A stretch of DNA of 64,000 nucleotides from Squalus acanthias. Lineage: Eukaryota. Shown in pieces: positions 11,588 through 23,631 of this stretch. A model generated the notes under the pieces. It was not told where the DNA came from and made no database searches. It saw only the letters and a list, made by a program, of their open reading frames with translations. The position numbers and the translations under genes are program-made. Location: NCBI GenBank assembly GCA_030390025.1, contig CM059432.1:22260001-22324000 (forward strand). Direction: 5' to 3'. Within the stretch, counting starts at the first letter, position 1. Every line of letters begins with the position of its first letter.

Positions 11588-11606
11588 TGGTGATGAGGAT
11601 GCGATT
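11588..11606 (+). promoter_or_regulatory. Primer-binding site, probably tRNA-Ser(GCT)
   Basis: TGGTGATGAGGATGCGATT lies 4 nt after the 5' LTR and resembles a CpG-decayed TGGCGACGAGGATGGGATT. Confidence 0.65.
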
Positions 11607-11746
11607 GTGGATTCACTAGCTGTAATTTTTGCTGGAGTATAATCCTGCCAACCGACGGAGGGTTCTTCCTTTTACAGAAAAACTTAAAAATCCAATGTAA
11701 ATTTTGAGCACACGTGGCTGAACTGTCGACGTTGCCAGTGTCCAGA

Positions 11747-12686
11747 TGGCCGCGCCTATGGGAATAATAGGGTGCTTAGGTGAGTTCCATCGCGAACGAG
11801 AGACTTTCGAGCGTATGTGGAGCAGCTAGAAATGTTTTTCACTGTGAACAGTATCGTCGAAGTCCCCGATGATGTAAACCGTAACCGGGCGGTTTTCTAA
11901 ATGAAACGAGCTATTTCTTTTGACTGAAACAGGCCCTGAGGTGTATGAAACCCTGAAACATTTGCTTGTTCCCACCAAGCCGAAGGACACACCACTAAAG
12001 GAGATCCTAACCAAGTTAGAACAGCACTACAGTCCTGAGCCCCTGGAAATTGCTGAAAGTTATCGTTTTGGAACACGTGATCAATTAAATGATGAGGGTA
12101 TCAGTGAGTACATTGTAGCTTTAAAACAGCTATCCATTTACTGTCATTTCAGAAACTTTTGCATGACCACTTTGTTTGTGGGTTGAAAAATGAATGTATC
12201 AGAAGTAAATTGTTGACAACCCCTAACCTGACTTTTGACTTAGTTTGTCAGACAGCTATGTCGATGGATATGGCCGACCGATACTCCCGAGAGTTCCACG
12301 CCATTTCCAGTCGCCAGACAACCGAGGTGAATCGGCTGCAGGCTAAAAGTAAAAGGCAGTTGGGCCCCAAGGCCTCAGCAACTGGCCAAGGTAACAGTGC
12401 ATTGAAGTCGTGCTATCGGTGCCTGGGACAACACATCGCTCAAAGCTGTCCATCCGTGAAGGCAGAGTGTTTCTACTGCAAGAAAACTGGGCATCTTGCG
12501 AAGGCGTGCCGACAGAAGAGTAAACCGACTGGCAATGCTAGAAGTAGAAATCGGCCAGACACTACATACCATTGAAGAGAAGCAGCAGGACGAGGAGTTT
12601 CTGGAGATTCACGTCATCAGCATCACGAAGGTATCTAACAGCGATTCGCGATGTATCGTCATCCAAGTAGATGTCGCAGGAACCAG
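11747..12686 (+). pseudogene. Gypsy gag and start of protease
   Basis: MAAPMGIIG.., GPEVYETLKHLLVP.KP, AESYRF, CYRCLGQHIAQSC, CFYCKKTGHLAKAC (CCHC), IQVDVAGT; frameshifted. Confidence 0.88.
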
Positions 12687-12695
12687 GAACCAAGA

Positions 12696-13320
12696 TGTTT
12701 AATTTCCCCCGGTCTTTTAATCCGTCCAACAGTTTCCAAAGTTCAGACCCGTGGAACAGACAACACAAAACACAAGTGTTCCCGGGAAAAACTATTCTTT
12801 TACTTAAAAATCAACAAGAGGTTACAAGCAAGTTTGCACTGTTCATTACAGGTAAGCATGCACGATTCTTCATCTACTTTAAATTCAAGCGATTATAAGT
12901 AAAACACATACGTACTAACACCCATGAGTGGTTGGTTCGGCAGTGACTAGTACCTCTGTAACTGGCAACTAACCAAGTTGCCCGACTTACTGCAGCAGCC
13001 CCGAGTGTCTTTTAGCAGCACTTTTTATACCCCAAAACTTGACAACCCACCCATAGCATTCATGTCCCAAACTGTGTGAATAATGGCCAACAGTTGTTTT
13101 CTCTCTCTCTCTCTTCCTTATCTGTTTTGTCAGTTAGTCAGTGGGCCTCAAGGTCGGTTACTTCATTGTCTAAGGATGTTCCTTTTTTGCAATGGCTCCG
13201 CAGTTCAATAGTTTGTTTCTGCAGAACTCTCAAGGTCTGTTACTTATTTGTGAAGGACAGTTGGCAGCCTTCACAGCTTACAACCGCAGCAGCTTAATTT
13301 TTGCAAAGGTTCTCTCAGCA
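12696..13320 (-). mobile_element. Nested LTR of a different element (625 bp) followed by a PBS-like stub
   Basis: Minus strand reads TGCTGAGAG...AATTAAACA then TCT-TGGTTCC; TATAAAAAG ~13021-13029; ACCAG is duplicated at 12682-12686 and 13321-13325. Confidence 0.6.
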
Positions 13321-13323
13321 ACC

Positions 13324-14220
13324 AGATTGCTTTCTTCAGACGGCATCCCAGAAGAAATTGTGTCTGATAATGGGCCGCAATTTTGTTCAGAAGAGTTCAC
13401 ACAGTTCATGAGCAGAAACGATGTGAAACATACCAAAGTTCCACCGTACCACCCTGCTTCAAATGGTGCAGCAGAGCGCACGGTACAAATTGTCAAACGT
13501 GCCCTCATCAAGCAAATGTTGGATCCAAATCCAGAGAAACGTCAGTTGTGGTTGGAGCACAAACTGGCAAATTTTCTGATTACCTATCAGAATACTCCTC
13601 ATACTACGACTGGTAGAAAACCAGCAGAGCTGTTTCTCAAACGACAGCCATGAACCAGGTTCTCATTGTTATAGCCAAACTTGGCACAGTCCGTAGAAGA
13701 GAAACTATCAAGGCAGAAAGAGAGTCATGATAAAGGTAGAGTTAGAGAGAGAAGTGTGAAGTTGAACCAGAAGGTGAAAGTGAAGAACCATCACCATAAA
13801 TGGTTAAAGTGGTTACCAGGAAGAGTAGTGAAGATATGTGGCCCTCGCACATATTTGGTCAAGATGTTTGATCATGGAAAGGTTAGGTTTGTTTGCATTG
13901 ATCATATCTTACTTACAGCTGTGGAAGGAGTTGAAAGCTGGGATGATTCAATTTATTCTGATGAGTCAGATAGTCTTGTTACATGTAGAGTACCAGTAGC
14001 AAATCCTACATCAGACGTACCAGAAACAAGTTCAAGACAAAGTCAGAATTTAAGTCTGAGCCCGAGTCAGGCAGACAAACAGTCTGAAAGTGTAGAGAGT
14101 CCAAATGGAGATCAAGGTCAGTCCTTGGAGAAAAATCCTCCACAGGCTCAGCCTAGAATGAGTCAAAGTCCTACAACAAGATCTGAAAGTTCTGTTCAAG
14201 AAAGAAGGCATCCTCTTTGA
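13324..14220 (+). pseudogene. Gypsy integrase core and C-terminus
   Basis: GIPEEIVSDNGPQF, PPYHPASNGAAERTVQIVK, PHTTTG..PAELF, KWLPGRVVKICGPRTY. Confidence 0.92.
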
Positions 14221-15351
14221 AACAGAAAATCAGTGGTTAAGTTTAATCTGTAAATGTGGAAAATAAGTTCAGATCTTTTGTTTGTGTTACAGAACTCTAG
14301 AGTAGAATTTGGAAACATAAAATGTGTTCCATTTGAGAAATGTACACCAAGAATTGTGTATACCATGCAAGTCATGTACAATGATTATTTGCTATGATTA
14401 ACTTCTTCAATACGGAGGGAGAAGTGTAATAGAGCCACCTGGTGGACTACTGATGTATTTAATAATAAAGCCATATGCAGTACAGTTCTTACCGGAAGCC
14501 ATGTTGTGCTGTTGTATATATATGTTGCGTCTCAAGATATCACAGTTGTACCAACAGTTTCAATCATTAATAAATTCTTCCAGCTCCTTCCCGACCCCCA
14601 CATTTACTGCTGCAACCACTGGTATAATGTGCATTGTGAATTTACGGCTGCCGCTTTTGGCTCAAACTATCTGGTTTATGACTAGGCTTTCTGGAAACTG
14701 CTAAATTAGAAACAATAGTCTTTTAAAAAATATATAAAATTAATGATGTGAAGATAATAATTACTGATATTATTTAAGGTTTTCTGCAGATCCTGATACC
14801 ATCTCCTGACCATCCCTATGACTAGCAATTCCTATCCCAACCAGGGACATCTAGAATATCTAGAACAAGGGATAATGGTTTGCCGACAAATGTACAAGGG
14901 TGTGTTTCAGAAGGCTGAAGGAGATTATGGAAAAGACATTCTGCTGGTGTAATAGTGAAGGTGCAGTGTACTTATACACAGTTATTCAATGTTTTTAAAG
15001 TCCACTCCAAGTTTAGCGATTAATCCTCTCCTTTTCTTGTGGTAGATATTCCCTCACTTTGATACATCCATTCCATTTTTTGTAATGGATGTTCTCTGTG
15101 TTGTGCGATAGATTCATTCCATGCTTGATCCTCTCCCTGTTTTATGATAGATCATCCATGATTTGTTGTATATTTCTCCACATTTTCTAACAGATTTCTT
15201 TTTTGGTCAGACAAGCACAGAAACGTAACACCATGTTTGAGAATCTCCAACCAGGTTACTGAGAAATCCACGATGTTATAGTTTTGATTTGCCTGATTTG
15301 GGCAGCAGACTTATCTTCTCATAGGGACACCTTTCACTATCCAGAGCTAGA

Positions 15352-15645
15352 TGTCAGTCTTAGCTCAGGGGTAGTACGTTTGTCTCTGAGTCAGAAGGTT
15401 GTGCATTATAGCTCCACCCCAGTGATTGAGCACATAATCTAGGTCGACACAACAGTGCAGTACTGAGGGAATGCTGCTGTTATAGGTACTGGCTTTCAGA
15501 TGAGCTATTAAACTCAAGCCCTATCAGCCTTCTCAAATGGCTGTAAAAGGTCCCAGGGCACTATTTGATGAAGAGAAGGAGAGTTCTTCTGTGTCCAACA
15601 CTTATCCCTCAACTAACATCAGTAAAAATGCACTTCATCTGATCA
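15352..15645 (+). mobile_element. Deu-domain tRNA-derived SINE (SacSINE1-like), 3'-truncated
   Basis: Diverged copy of 62766-63233 (tagctcag..ctgagtcagaaggttgtg..cagtgcagtactgaggga..ggcactattt). Confidence 0.75.
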
Positions 15646-16055
15646 TTGGCCCAGAATTTCCTGGATCGCATTTATGCCGGTTCTTAGAGTCATAGGGGGA
15701 GAAATTCAGTATCGCCCCATTTGGGGCGCAATTATTGGCCAGGCGCAAAGATTGGCACCTGGCGCTAATTATCGCCTCCGACTGCAAACTTGACTTTTAT
15801 CGCCCCTGGAGGTGATTGGAGCGCTAAATCAGGCGCTACACACCTGACTTAAGGCGCAAAGGCCGAGGAGCGAGGCGCTAACTCAGAGCGCGGGCGCAGC
15901 GCAGGTGCTGTCAGTTAGCGATGGAACACAGACACACTGGCGCCAGACAGTTCTTAAAGGGGAGGGTCGATCTTGCACTCCAGTCACACCCTGCTCATTG
16001 GAGCCTTGAATCTCGGCCTGGAGAGACCTGTGCCTAAATCTTCCAGCCAAGGACT

Positions 16056-17876
16056 ATGGAGAGGGTGAGAGAACGAGCTCAGCGCATTAGTGAGATGGCC
16101 TTGGATGCTCTGGTTGGCGCGGTGGAGCGCAGAAGATCTATATTCTTCCCTGAGAGTGGCAGGAGGCCTTTGCCGCGCGACTACAGAAGAGTGTGGAGGG
16201 AGGTGGCTCAGAGCGTCTCCTCCAGGAGCATGGTGCCCAGGACCCAAATACAATGTCGAAGAAAGTTCAACGACCTCACTCGGATCGTCAGGGTGAGTGG
16301 CTTTTTTTCAATACCTCTCCATCCCTCCATCTCAACCTCACTCTATGGCCAGAGGGTCTTCAAACCCCAATGCACAACACTCATCTAACACCTATGGCCC
16401 TCTCATGAAACACACACGCACATTCCACACTTTGCATACAGTAAGGGCTATTCACCTATGGGAGGCACATCAGGCAAGACCATGGCTGAATACAGTAAGG
16501 GCTATTCACCTATGGGAGGCACATCAGGCAAGACCATGGCTGTATATTTACTCAGACGCCGTCCTTTTTCTTGCAGGCCAAGCTATCTCATAATAGGAGA
16601 CAGCAGCAACGGACGGGTGGAAGGCGGCCTCAGCTGCAACCCCTCAGCGATCTTGAGGCGCGCGTCCACAGGATTGTGGCAAGCCGGGTGATCGGTCCCG
16701 TCGCCACTGGAGACGCCGACCCCGTTCTGGACAGCAATGGTAAGGTCATCACCTTTTTGTCCTCTGTCCTTCCACTTGTCCCTCACAACACCAGCCTTTG
16801 ACACTTTCAATCCAACTTACTAAATCACTGCACTCATTCCTCCCTTACTGCCCCCGCTGTCCTCACGCTAAAGCCACTCTTGTACCTCCCTGCTTTCAGA
16901 TGGTGATTCACCAGCTGAGGAGACGGGCCCTCAAGCTGCCAGTGGGAGTGAAGCTGCAGCCGAGGAGGAAGATGAAGGCGGAGCATCAGCGCCACCCTCT
17001 CCCGAGGAAGCCCATGCCCACACTGGGAACACACCTTCCCTGGAGGGGAGCAGTGGGGAAGGGTCTGATGAGGGTGAAGCTCCAGGACCTAGTGGGCTGC
17101 AGGAATGCCATGGGGGTAGGGAAGCTCGGGGGCCTTCTCCCCGGAGGGAGAGTATGCCAGCGAGTCCTACTGCACTGGACGCAGAGGAGGAGCTGCTCAT
17201 CGCTGAAATGAACACACAGGCGGTGGACATGCACACTGAGCTCATGGGTGCAGTGGGAAGGGTGCCCGAATGCATTGAATCACTGGCAAGGAGTGTGGAG
17301 CACTTCGCTGTAGCACAGGCGGATGCCACGCAAATGTTTAGTGCTGCAATTCAGTCAATGGCTGCCATGAACCCATCTCTGACTGCTCTCCTGCAGACTC
17401 ATATTGAGGCCACGCGAGCACTGACTGCTGCCATGCTCGATGGTTTGTACACATTTCCCCGGGGCTCTCACCGCGCCGCAGCAGGCCAGCAATCTGTGCT
17501 GCAGCAGATTGCTCCGGATGCTGAAGTGCTGCCCCGTGGGAGTGCCAGTGTGTCGGTCGAGCAGGGAGTTGCTGTCCACTCTCAAGATTACAGCATTCCT
17601 GCTGCCACCACTGTCACTTCTCCACTGCAATTGCCACTGCCTGTAGGACAGACTGCTGCCGCCCATGCAGAGTTGGTGCAGTCTGCAGCCGGGCCCTCCA
17701 GGCCCAGAGCTAGTCGAGGCTGTCCTTCAAGGGTATCTGCAGTCTCAGGTTCTGACAATCAGCAGCCTTCCACCAGCCTTACTGCAGCCACTAAGGTCCC
17801 ATTACAGAGGAGCAGTAGGGTGGGAAGGGGGGAAGTGCGCAAGGGAAGGAGATCACCCTCGAAGGGCAAAAAGTAG
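16056..17876 (+). CDS. Harbinger Myb/SANT-like DNA-binding protein, 3 exons (16056-16292, 16577-16739, 16900-17876), predicted 458 aa, open
   Basis: Myb/SANT domain (WREVAQSV..RTQIQCRRKFNDL), RTGG motif in exon 2, GT-AG introns with polypyrimidine tracts. 237+163+977=1377 nt, in frame with ORF 17154-17876. Confidence 0.85.
16436..16542. repeat. 54-bp tandem duplication in intron 1 of the Myb/SANT gene
   Basis: atacagtaagggctattcacctatgggaggcacatcaggcaagaccatggctg occurs twice in tandem. Confidence 0.92.
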
Positions 17877-18175
17877 GAGGTGTGACAAAATGTTGGTCAT
17901 TTTTTTATTAAAGGCCGAGGTTCATGGTCATACTTTTGAACATTATCTCCAGGTTATGAGAACCAGTTATGTTAATGACTGTGTTTTTGTGTTTCTTTCT
18001 ATTAGTTTGTCATGAGGAAATGACACACACAGAGTTTGTGAAATAAATAAGTTTTTGTATTCAAAATGTACAATTTTGGTCTTTGGAATCATTGCTGCCT
18101 TGGCCGGCTTAGGGGTTGCGGGTTGGTTTCATTCATGTTGTTCTCAATGGCAGAAGCCATTTCCTCAGCAGGGGC

Positions 18176-19405
18176 CTAGAAGCGGCTTGCTATCAGCCGT
18201 TGACGGACGGCCCTTCCAGTTTCTACATTGTGGGCCTCCCTCCCGCCTTGGTGCTGCTGATGATCATCCTCCTCCTCTTCCTCCTCCTCTTCCTCCTCCT
18301 CCTCTGGTGGTGCTCCAAGGCCTGGTGGCATTGGCTGGGTCCTGAGGATTGCCAGGTTATGCAGCATGCAGCACACAACTACGAAGTGGGAAACTCGCTC
18401 AGGCGAGTACTGCAGGGCTCCTCCAGAATGGTCCAGACAGCAGAACCGTTGCTTGAGCATGCCGATTGTGTGCTCAACGATGTTCCTGGTAGCTTGATGG
18501 CTCTCATTGTACCGCAGCTCAGCAGGGGTGTTGGGCGTACGGAGCGGTGTCATCAGCCAGGTGCTCAGTGGATATCCCTTGTCCCCGAGAAGCCAACCAA
18601 CTGGCTGATGCGGTGCCTCGAAAAGTTCTGCCACAGTAGTCTGGCGCAGGATGAATGCATCGTGGCAGCTGCCAGGATAGTGGGCATTGACAGCGAGTAT
18701 CAGCTGTCTGTGGTCACAGACCAACTGAACGTTTAAGGAATGGAACCCCTTTCTGTTGCGGAAATCCTCGGCATTCTCATGCGGAGCACGCAAAGCCACA
18801 TGCGTGCAGTGAATGGCGCCCTGCACCATGGGGAAGCCCGCTATCCTAGCAAAGCCCATTGCACGTTCTTGCTGCTTATCTGGTGTCATGGGGAAAGAGA
18901 TGTACTCTCGTCTCCTTTTAAAGAGGGCATTTGTGACCTGATGGATGCAGCAATGCACCGCGAACTGGGAGATATTGGCGATGTCCCCAGTAGCTGATTG
19001 AAATGAGCCAGTGGATTAAAAGTTCAGAGCCACTGTGACCTTCACTGCCACCGACAGAGACATCCTGGACCTCAGTTGAGGCTGCAGATCTGGCTGCAGC
19101 AGGTGGCAGAGCTCAGTGACTACCTCCTTGCTGAAGTGCAGCCTGCGCAAACACTGCTCCTCAGACATATTAATATATGTGAATTGTTGGCGATATACCC
19201 TGGGAGGGTAAGGTCTCCTGTACAGAGGCCTGTTGGCCCTCCTCCGTCTGGCCATGATTGCCACTCTCTCTCTGCGTCTCTGTGTCCTCCGATTCTGGTG
19301 GCGCAGGACGACGCCCCCAATCAGTGCAGCCCCCAAAGTCACTTGGTAATCAAAGTTATGAAGGTCAAAAACCAAAGTACCTGCAAAGTTATGATCGGTA
19401 GCCAA
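18176..19405 (-). pseudogene. Harbinger (HARBI1-like) DDE transposase, ~409 codons, one nonsense codon
   Basis: ORFs 19016-19405 and 18176-18958 are in one frame, separated by TAA (LNF*STGSFQ). Motifs: [66 protein letters not shown]. Confidence 0.95.
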
Positions 19406-19846
19406 AACTACCTCACACAGCGTTGACTCAATGCAGAAGTCTCTCTTTCTCTCTCTCCGAATCTCTCTATCTCTCTCAGAACGAGTGGTGCAAAAATGTC
19501 AACCACAGAGAAAGACAGGAAGAGGCCCCCTTTAAATAGCGCCCCCCCAACCCCACAGCGACTGGGGAGCGTTCCAGTCTTCCGGTCGTTGGTTGCGCCA
19601 GGCGGAAAGGATGGGGGCGCACTCAATTTCCGCTCCGGGGCGCCATAAGGGCGTTGCACCCTCGTATAACGTCAAGATCTGCGTGCGCAGGAGATCGTGG
19701 CGGTAAAGTTTATCGCCGCCGCAAAATGTCTAGTTAATTTCGCGAGCAGCGCATACATCGCTGCGCCTGGGCGCTAGTTGCTTTGCGCCCCATGAGCGCC
19801 CTCTTAAGGCGCTAACGGGAGGCGCAACCAACTGAATTTTTCCCCC

Positions 19847-21495
19847 ATAGAGTTATACAGCACAGAAAGAGGCCCTTTGGCCCATCGTGTCCGCGCCGGC
19901 CATCAAGCCCTATCTATTCTAATCCCATTTTCCAGCACTTGCTCCGTAGCCTTGTATGCTATGGCATTTCAAGTGCTCATCTAAATGCTTCTTGAATGTT
20001 GTGAGGGTTCCTGCCTCTACCACCCTTTCAGGCAGTGAGTTCCAGATTACAACCACCCTCTGGGTGAAAAAGTTTTTCCTCAAATCCCCTCTAAACCTCT
20101 GGCCCTTATCTTGAAACTATGCCCCTGGTTATTGACACCTCTACTAAGGAGAAAAGTTTCTTTCTATCTACCCTATCTATGCCCCTCATAATTTTGTACA
20201 CCTCAATCAGGTCCCCCCTCAGCCTTCTCTGCTCTAAGGAAAACAACCCCAGCCTGTCCAGTCTCTCTTCATAGCTGAAGTGCTCCAGCCCAGGTAACAT
20301 CCTGGTGAATTTCCTCTGCTCTCTCTCCAATGCAATCACATCCTTCCTATAGTGTGGCGACCAGAACTGCACACACTATTCCAGCTGTGGCCTAACTAGC
20401 GTTTTGTACAGCTCCATCATAACCTCCCTGCTCTTATATTCTATGCCTTGGTTAATGAAGGCAAGTATCCCATATGCCTTTTTAACCACCTTATCTACCT
20501 GTCCTGCTGCCTTCAGGGATCTATGTACATGCACACCAAGGTCCCTCTGATCCTCTGTCCTTCCTAGGGTCTTACCATTCATTGTGTATTCCCTTGCCTT
20601 GTTAGTCATCCCAAAATGCATCACCTCACACTTTTCAGGGTTAAATTCCATTTGCCACTGTTCTGCCCATCTGACCATCCCGTCTATATCGTCCTGTAGC
20701 CGGAGGCTTCCCTCCTCGCTATTTACCACTCCACCAATTTTCGTGTCATCTGCGAACTTACTGATCATACCTCCTACATTCATATCTAAATCATTAATGT
20801 ATACTACAAACAGAAAAGGACCCAGCACCGATCACTGCAGTACACCACTGGACACAGGTTTCCAGTCACAAAAACAACCTTCGACCATCACTGTCTGCTT
20901 CCTGCCACTAAGCCAATTTTGGATCCAATGTGCCAAATTGCCCTGGATCCCATGGGCTCTTACCTTCTTGACCAGTCTCCCATGCGGGACTTTGTCAAAA
21001 GCCTTACTGAAGTCCATGTAGACTACATCATCTGCACTATCCTCATCCACACACCTAGCCACCCCCTCGAAAAATTCAATCAAATTGTTTAGACATGATC
21101 TCCCACTGACAAAGCCAGGCTGACTATCCTTGATTATTCCTTGCCTCTCCAAGTGGAGACTAATTCTATCCCTCAGCATTTTTTCCAATAATTTCCCTAC
21201 CACTGATGTTACGTTCACTGGCCTGTAATTCCCTGGTTTATCCCTACTACCCTTCCTGAATAATGGTACTACGTTAGCTGTCCTCCAGTCCTCTGGCACC
21301 TCCCCTGTGGTCAGAGAGGTTCTGAAAATTTGTGTCAGAGCCCCTGCAATCTCCTCCCTTGCCTCACACAGCAGCCTGGGATACATCTCGTCTGGGCCTG
21401 GGGATTTATCCACTTTTAAGCCCGCTAAAATCGCTAGTACCTCCTCCCTCTCAATACTAATTTGTTCAAGTATTTCACAATCCCCCTGCCTGATC
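19847..21495 (-). mobile_element. CR1 LINE, 5'-truncated (RT and 3' UTR); its tail is split by the Harbinger
   Basis: [50 protein letters not shown]; tail remnant tagagtcata at 15685-15694. Confidence 0.94.
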
Positions 21496-21797
21496 GACTT
21501 AAGTTGATCTTGCCGATGGTAACTTACACACAAATTTCCTGAGAATCACAATAGCAAAGACTGCAACGTAAATAGATGGAACTCAATGTAAACAATGGGG
21601 TCCGAGGAAAGTGCGGAACATCATCTTCCATCTTCCTTCTCTAAATCTACCTTTATCTTATTGATGATATTAAAATTAGGTACAGCATTAAGTATAGCAT
21701 ATTTAAGAAAATTAATTGTAGAAGCTTTTTCTCTTTCTAATTTAACAGATTGTGAGGCCATAAAAATGCATTCAAAGTACAGTGCAGGTCTCAGTAT

Positions 21798-23583
21798 TGT
21801 AGGCTTCGTAAAAACCCCCAGAAACTCGAATAGAACCCTAAAAGGGGTGAATTTTGGATCTTAACACAAATTTGGAATTATGGGAGCTAAATGAAGGAAT
21901 TTGAGGTCAAAACCTCAGTTTTGGACATTTTTAAGGATCAGGGAAGAAAACCCTGAGGAAAATGACTTTGGATAATACTATACCTTTAAAAGGGCCATTG
22001 GGAAAACCTGCAGTCACAGAAACAAGACAGGCTGCGGGGAAAGGTGTGCTGAGGCAGTGGACAGCTTTTGGTTTTGGGACCAAGCCAAGCTGTCTGGGAG
22101 ATGTTTGCACTGCAATCCAACCAAGGAGGAAGTGCCTCACCCAAAACCTCACAAACACATCCAAAAAAATGAATAAACCAAGACCCTTTTGAAATCCCCA
22201 GGTCCAAACAGAATGCTGGAAGTCTGAAAACAATTCCTAACAATAAAACTTCCAGTACACAGCTTCCCAGCCCATCATCCCATCAAAAACCAATTAGCCA
22301 AGTATCTACAGGAAGAGACTTAACGAGCCCGCCAAAAAAACCTAAGACAAAAGGAGCAAGATTTGGCGCATAGATAAAGACCCTGTCTAAATGAGAGACA
22401 TCGGAAGCCATCAGGACAAGTTAACATAAAGTTAAAGTCATCAGACTTAACGAGCCTGCCAAAACCTAAGACAATAGAATAAACAGGCCTCAACTGAAAC
22501 CTAAATCACTTCAACACGAAACCATTTTAGTGAAGCGGTTTTGGCGCAAAAAACACAATAGACCTGAACAGTATAATTGAGGGCCTAATCCCCCAAGAAG
22601 CAGCGAGTTGCACAGACGGGTGAGCCACACGACACGAGCAGAAGGAGAGACCAGCAGCTAGGCCACGAGGCAGGCAGACCCGAAGCGAGATCGGAGGCAG
22701 GACAGACAAGGCCAGGCAAGGGCTAGAGCTGAGACCACGAGCTGGGAGCGAGTCGGCATCGCTCAGTATACGGTCCAGCCCTAACAGACACTAGCAAAGG
22801 CCACTGGAAGCTGGGAGCGAGTCGGCATCAGTCAACACATGGTCCAGCTCCAGGAGGTACCGCCCCGACAGGCCTCCAACGCAACGAACCAACAACAAGA
22901 GCCGCCAAGGGCTCCACGAGGTAAACCGACGCTCCAAAGTACCGTAGAAACCAAGGCCCCGCGCAGCAACCAACCACCAGGTGACACCGAAAGACCAACA
23001 CCAGGAAAATCCGAAGACATGCAAGTTTCCACGCTACAAACTATTCCTGACTTACCCCTGGGTAAGATTTTCCCTTAAAAAACTCTAAACCCTACCTCTA
23101 CGGAAGAAAAATCGGGTACTCACCTGATAGAATCCAATACGCACCTTACCGCATCTGCGGACAGACCCAAACTGACCTGGAGTGCAGCTGGAGTCTTCTA
23201 CCACGTCTGGGGTACGGCAGGTCCCAACAACCAAAAACCTCAGTGAACCCCGAAATCGCAAAATACCTCAACTGTCAAGAACTGTTAATTTGTGAGCATT
23301 ATCCCTGATCCTCTGGAATTAAACTTAGCTAGGCAGTGGGATTGGGAGGGATAAGGGTTTTTGTATATTGTTATTCTCCCTCGCCTGTACCGTGTGTTTC
23401 CCAACCTGTGTTTAAGCATTAAGTGTGTTTTAAGTCAAAACTCTTTCATCAAAACCTGTTGTTTACTTCATCTTTGTTCGCAACCCCCAAATAAGTCCAA
23501 GGTCTAGAACCAGGGACATGGGAGCGATTTGAACAGCTCACTGAGTCAGAGGTGAAGCTGACCCTACCACACCACCCCCTACA
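21798..23583 (+). mobile_element. Solo LTR, long family A relative (1786 bp)
   Basis: TGTA...TACA; 4-bp TSD GTAT (21794-21797, 23584-23587). Shares blocks with 7718-9423, e.g. cctgacttacccctgggtaagattttccc and caacccccaaataagtccaaggtctagaacca. Confidence 0.88.
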
Positions 23584-23631
23584 GTATGGACAAATTTAAA
23601 AAATGCTTAAAAAGTCACCATAAAACACAAG

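Larger units (their letters stand above)
11464..14544 (+). mobile_element. Ty3/Gypsy LTR retrotransposon, deleted for RT/RNase H
   Basis: 120-bp LTRs at 11464-11583 and 14425-14544 (6 differences), TG...CA, 5-bp TSD GTTGT, PBS, PPT GGAGGGAGAAG ending at 14424, gag with Zn knuckles, integrase core. Confidence 0.95.
15695..19846. mobile_element. PIF/Harbinger transposon, full-length structure (4152 bp)
   Basis: 16-bp TIRs GGGGGAGAAATTCAGT / ACTGAATTTTTCCCCC (1 mismatch); TSD ATA (15692-15694, 19847-19849); convergent Myb/SANT and transposase genes. Confidence 0.96.

Noticed and set aside
16436..16542. Direct repeats as a CRISPR-like array
   Set aside because: Only two adjacent copies with no spacers, in a eukaryotic intron.
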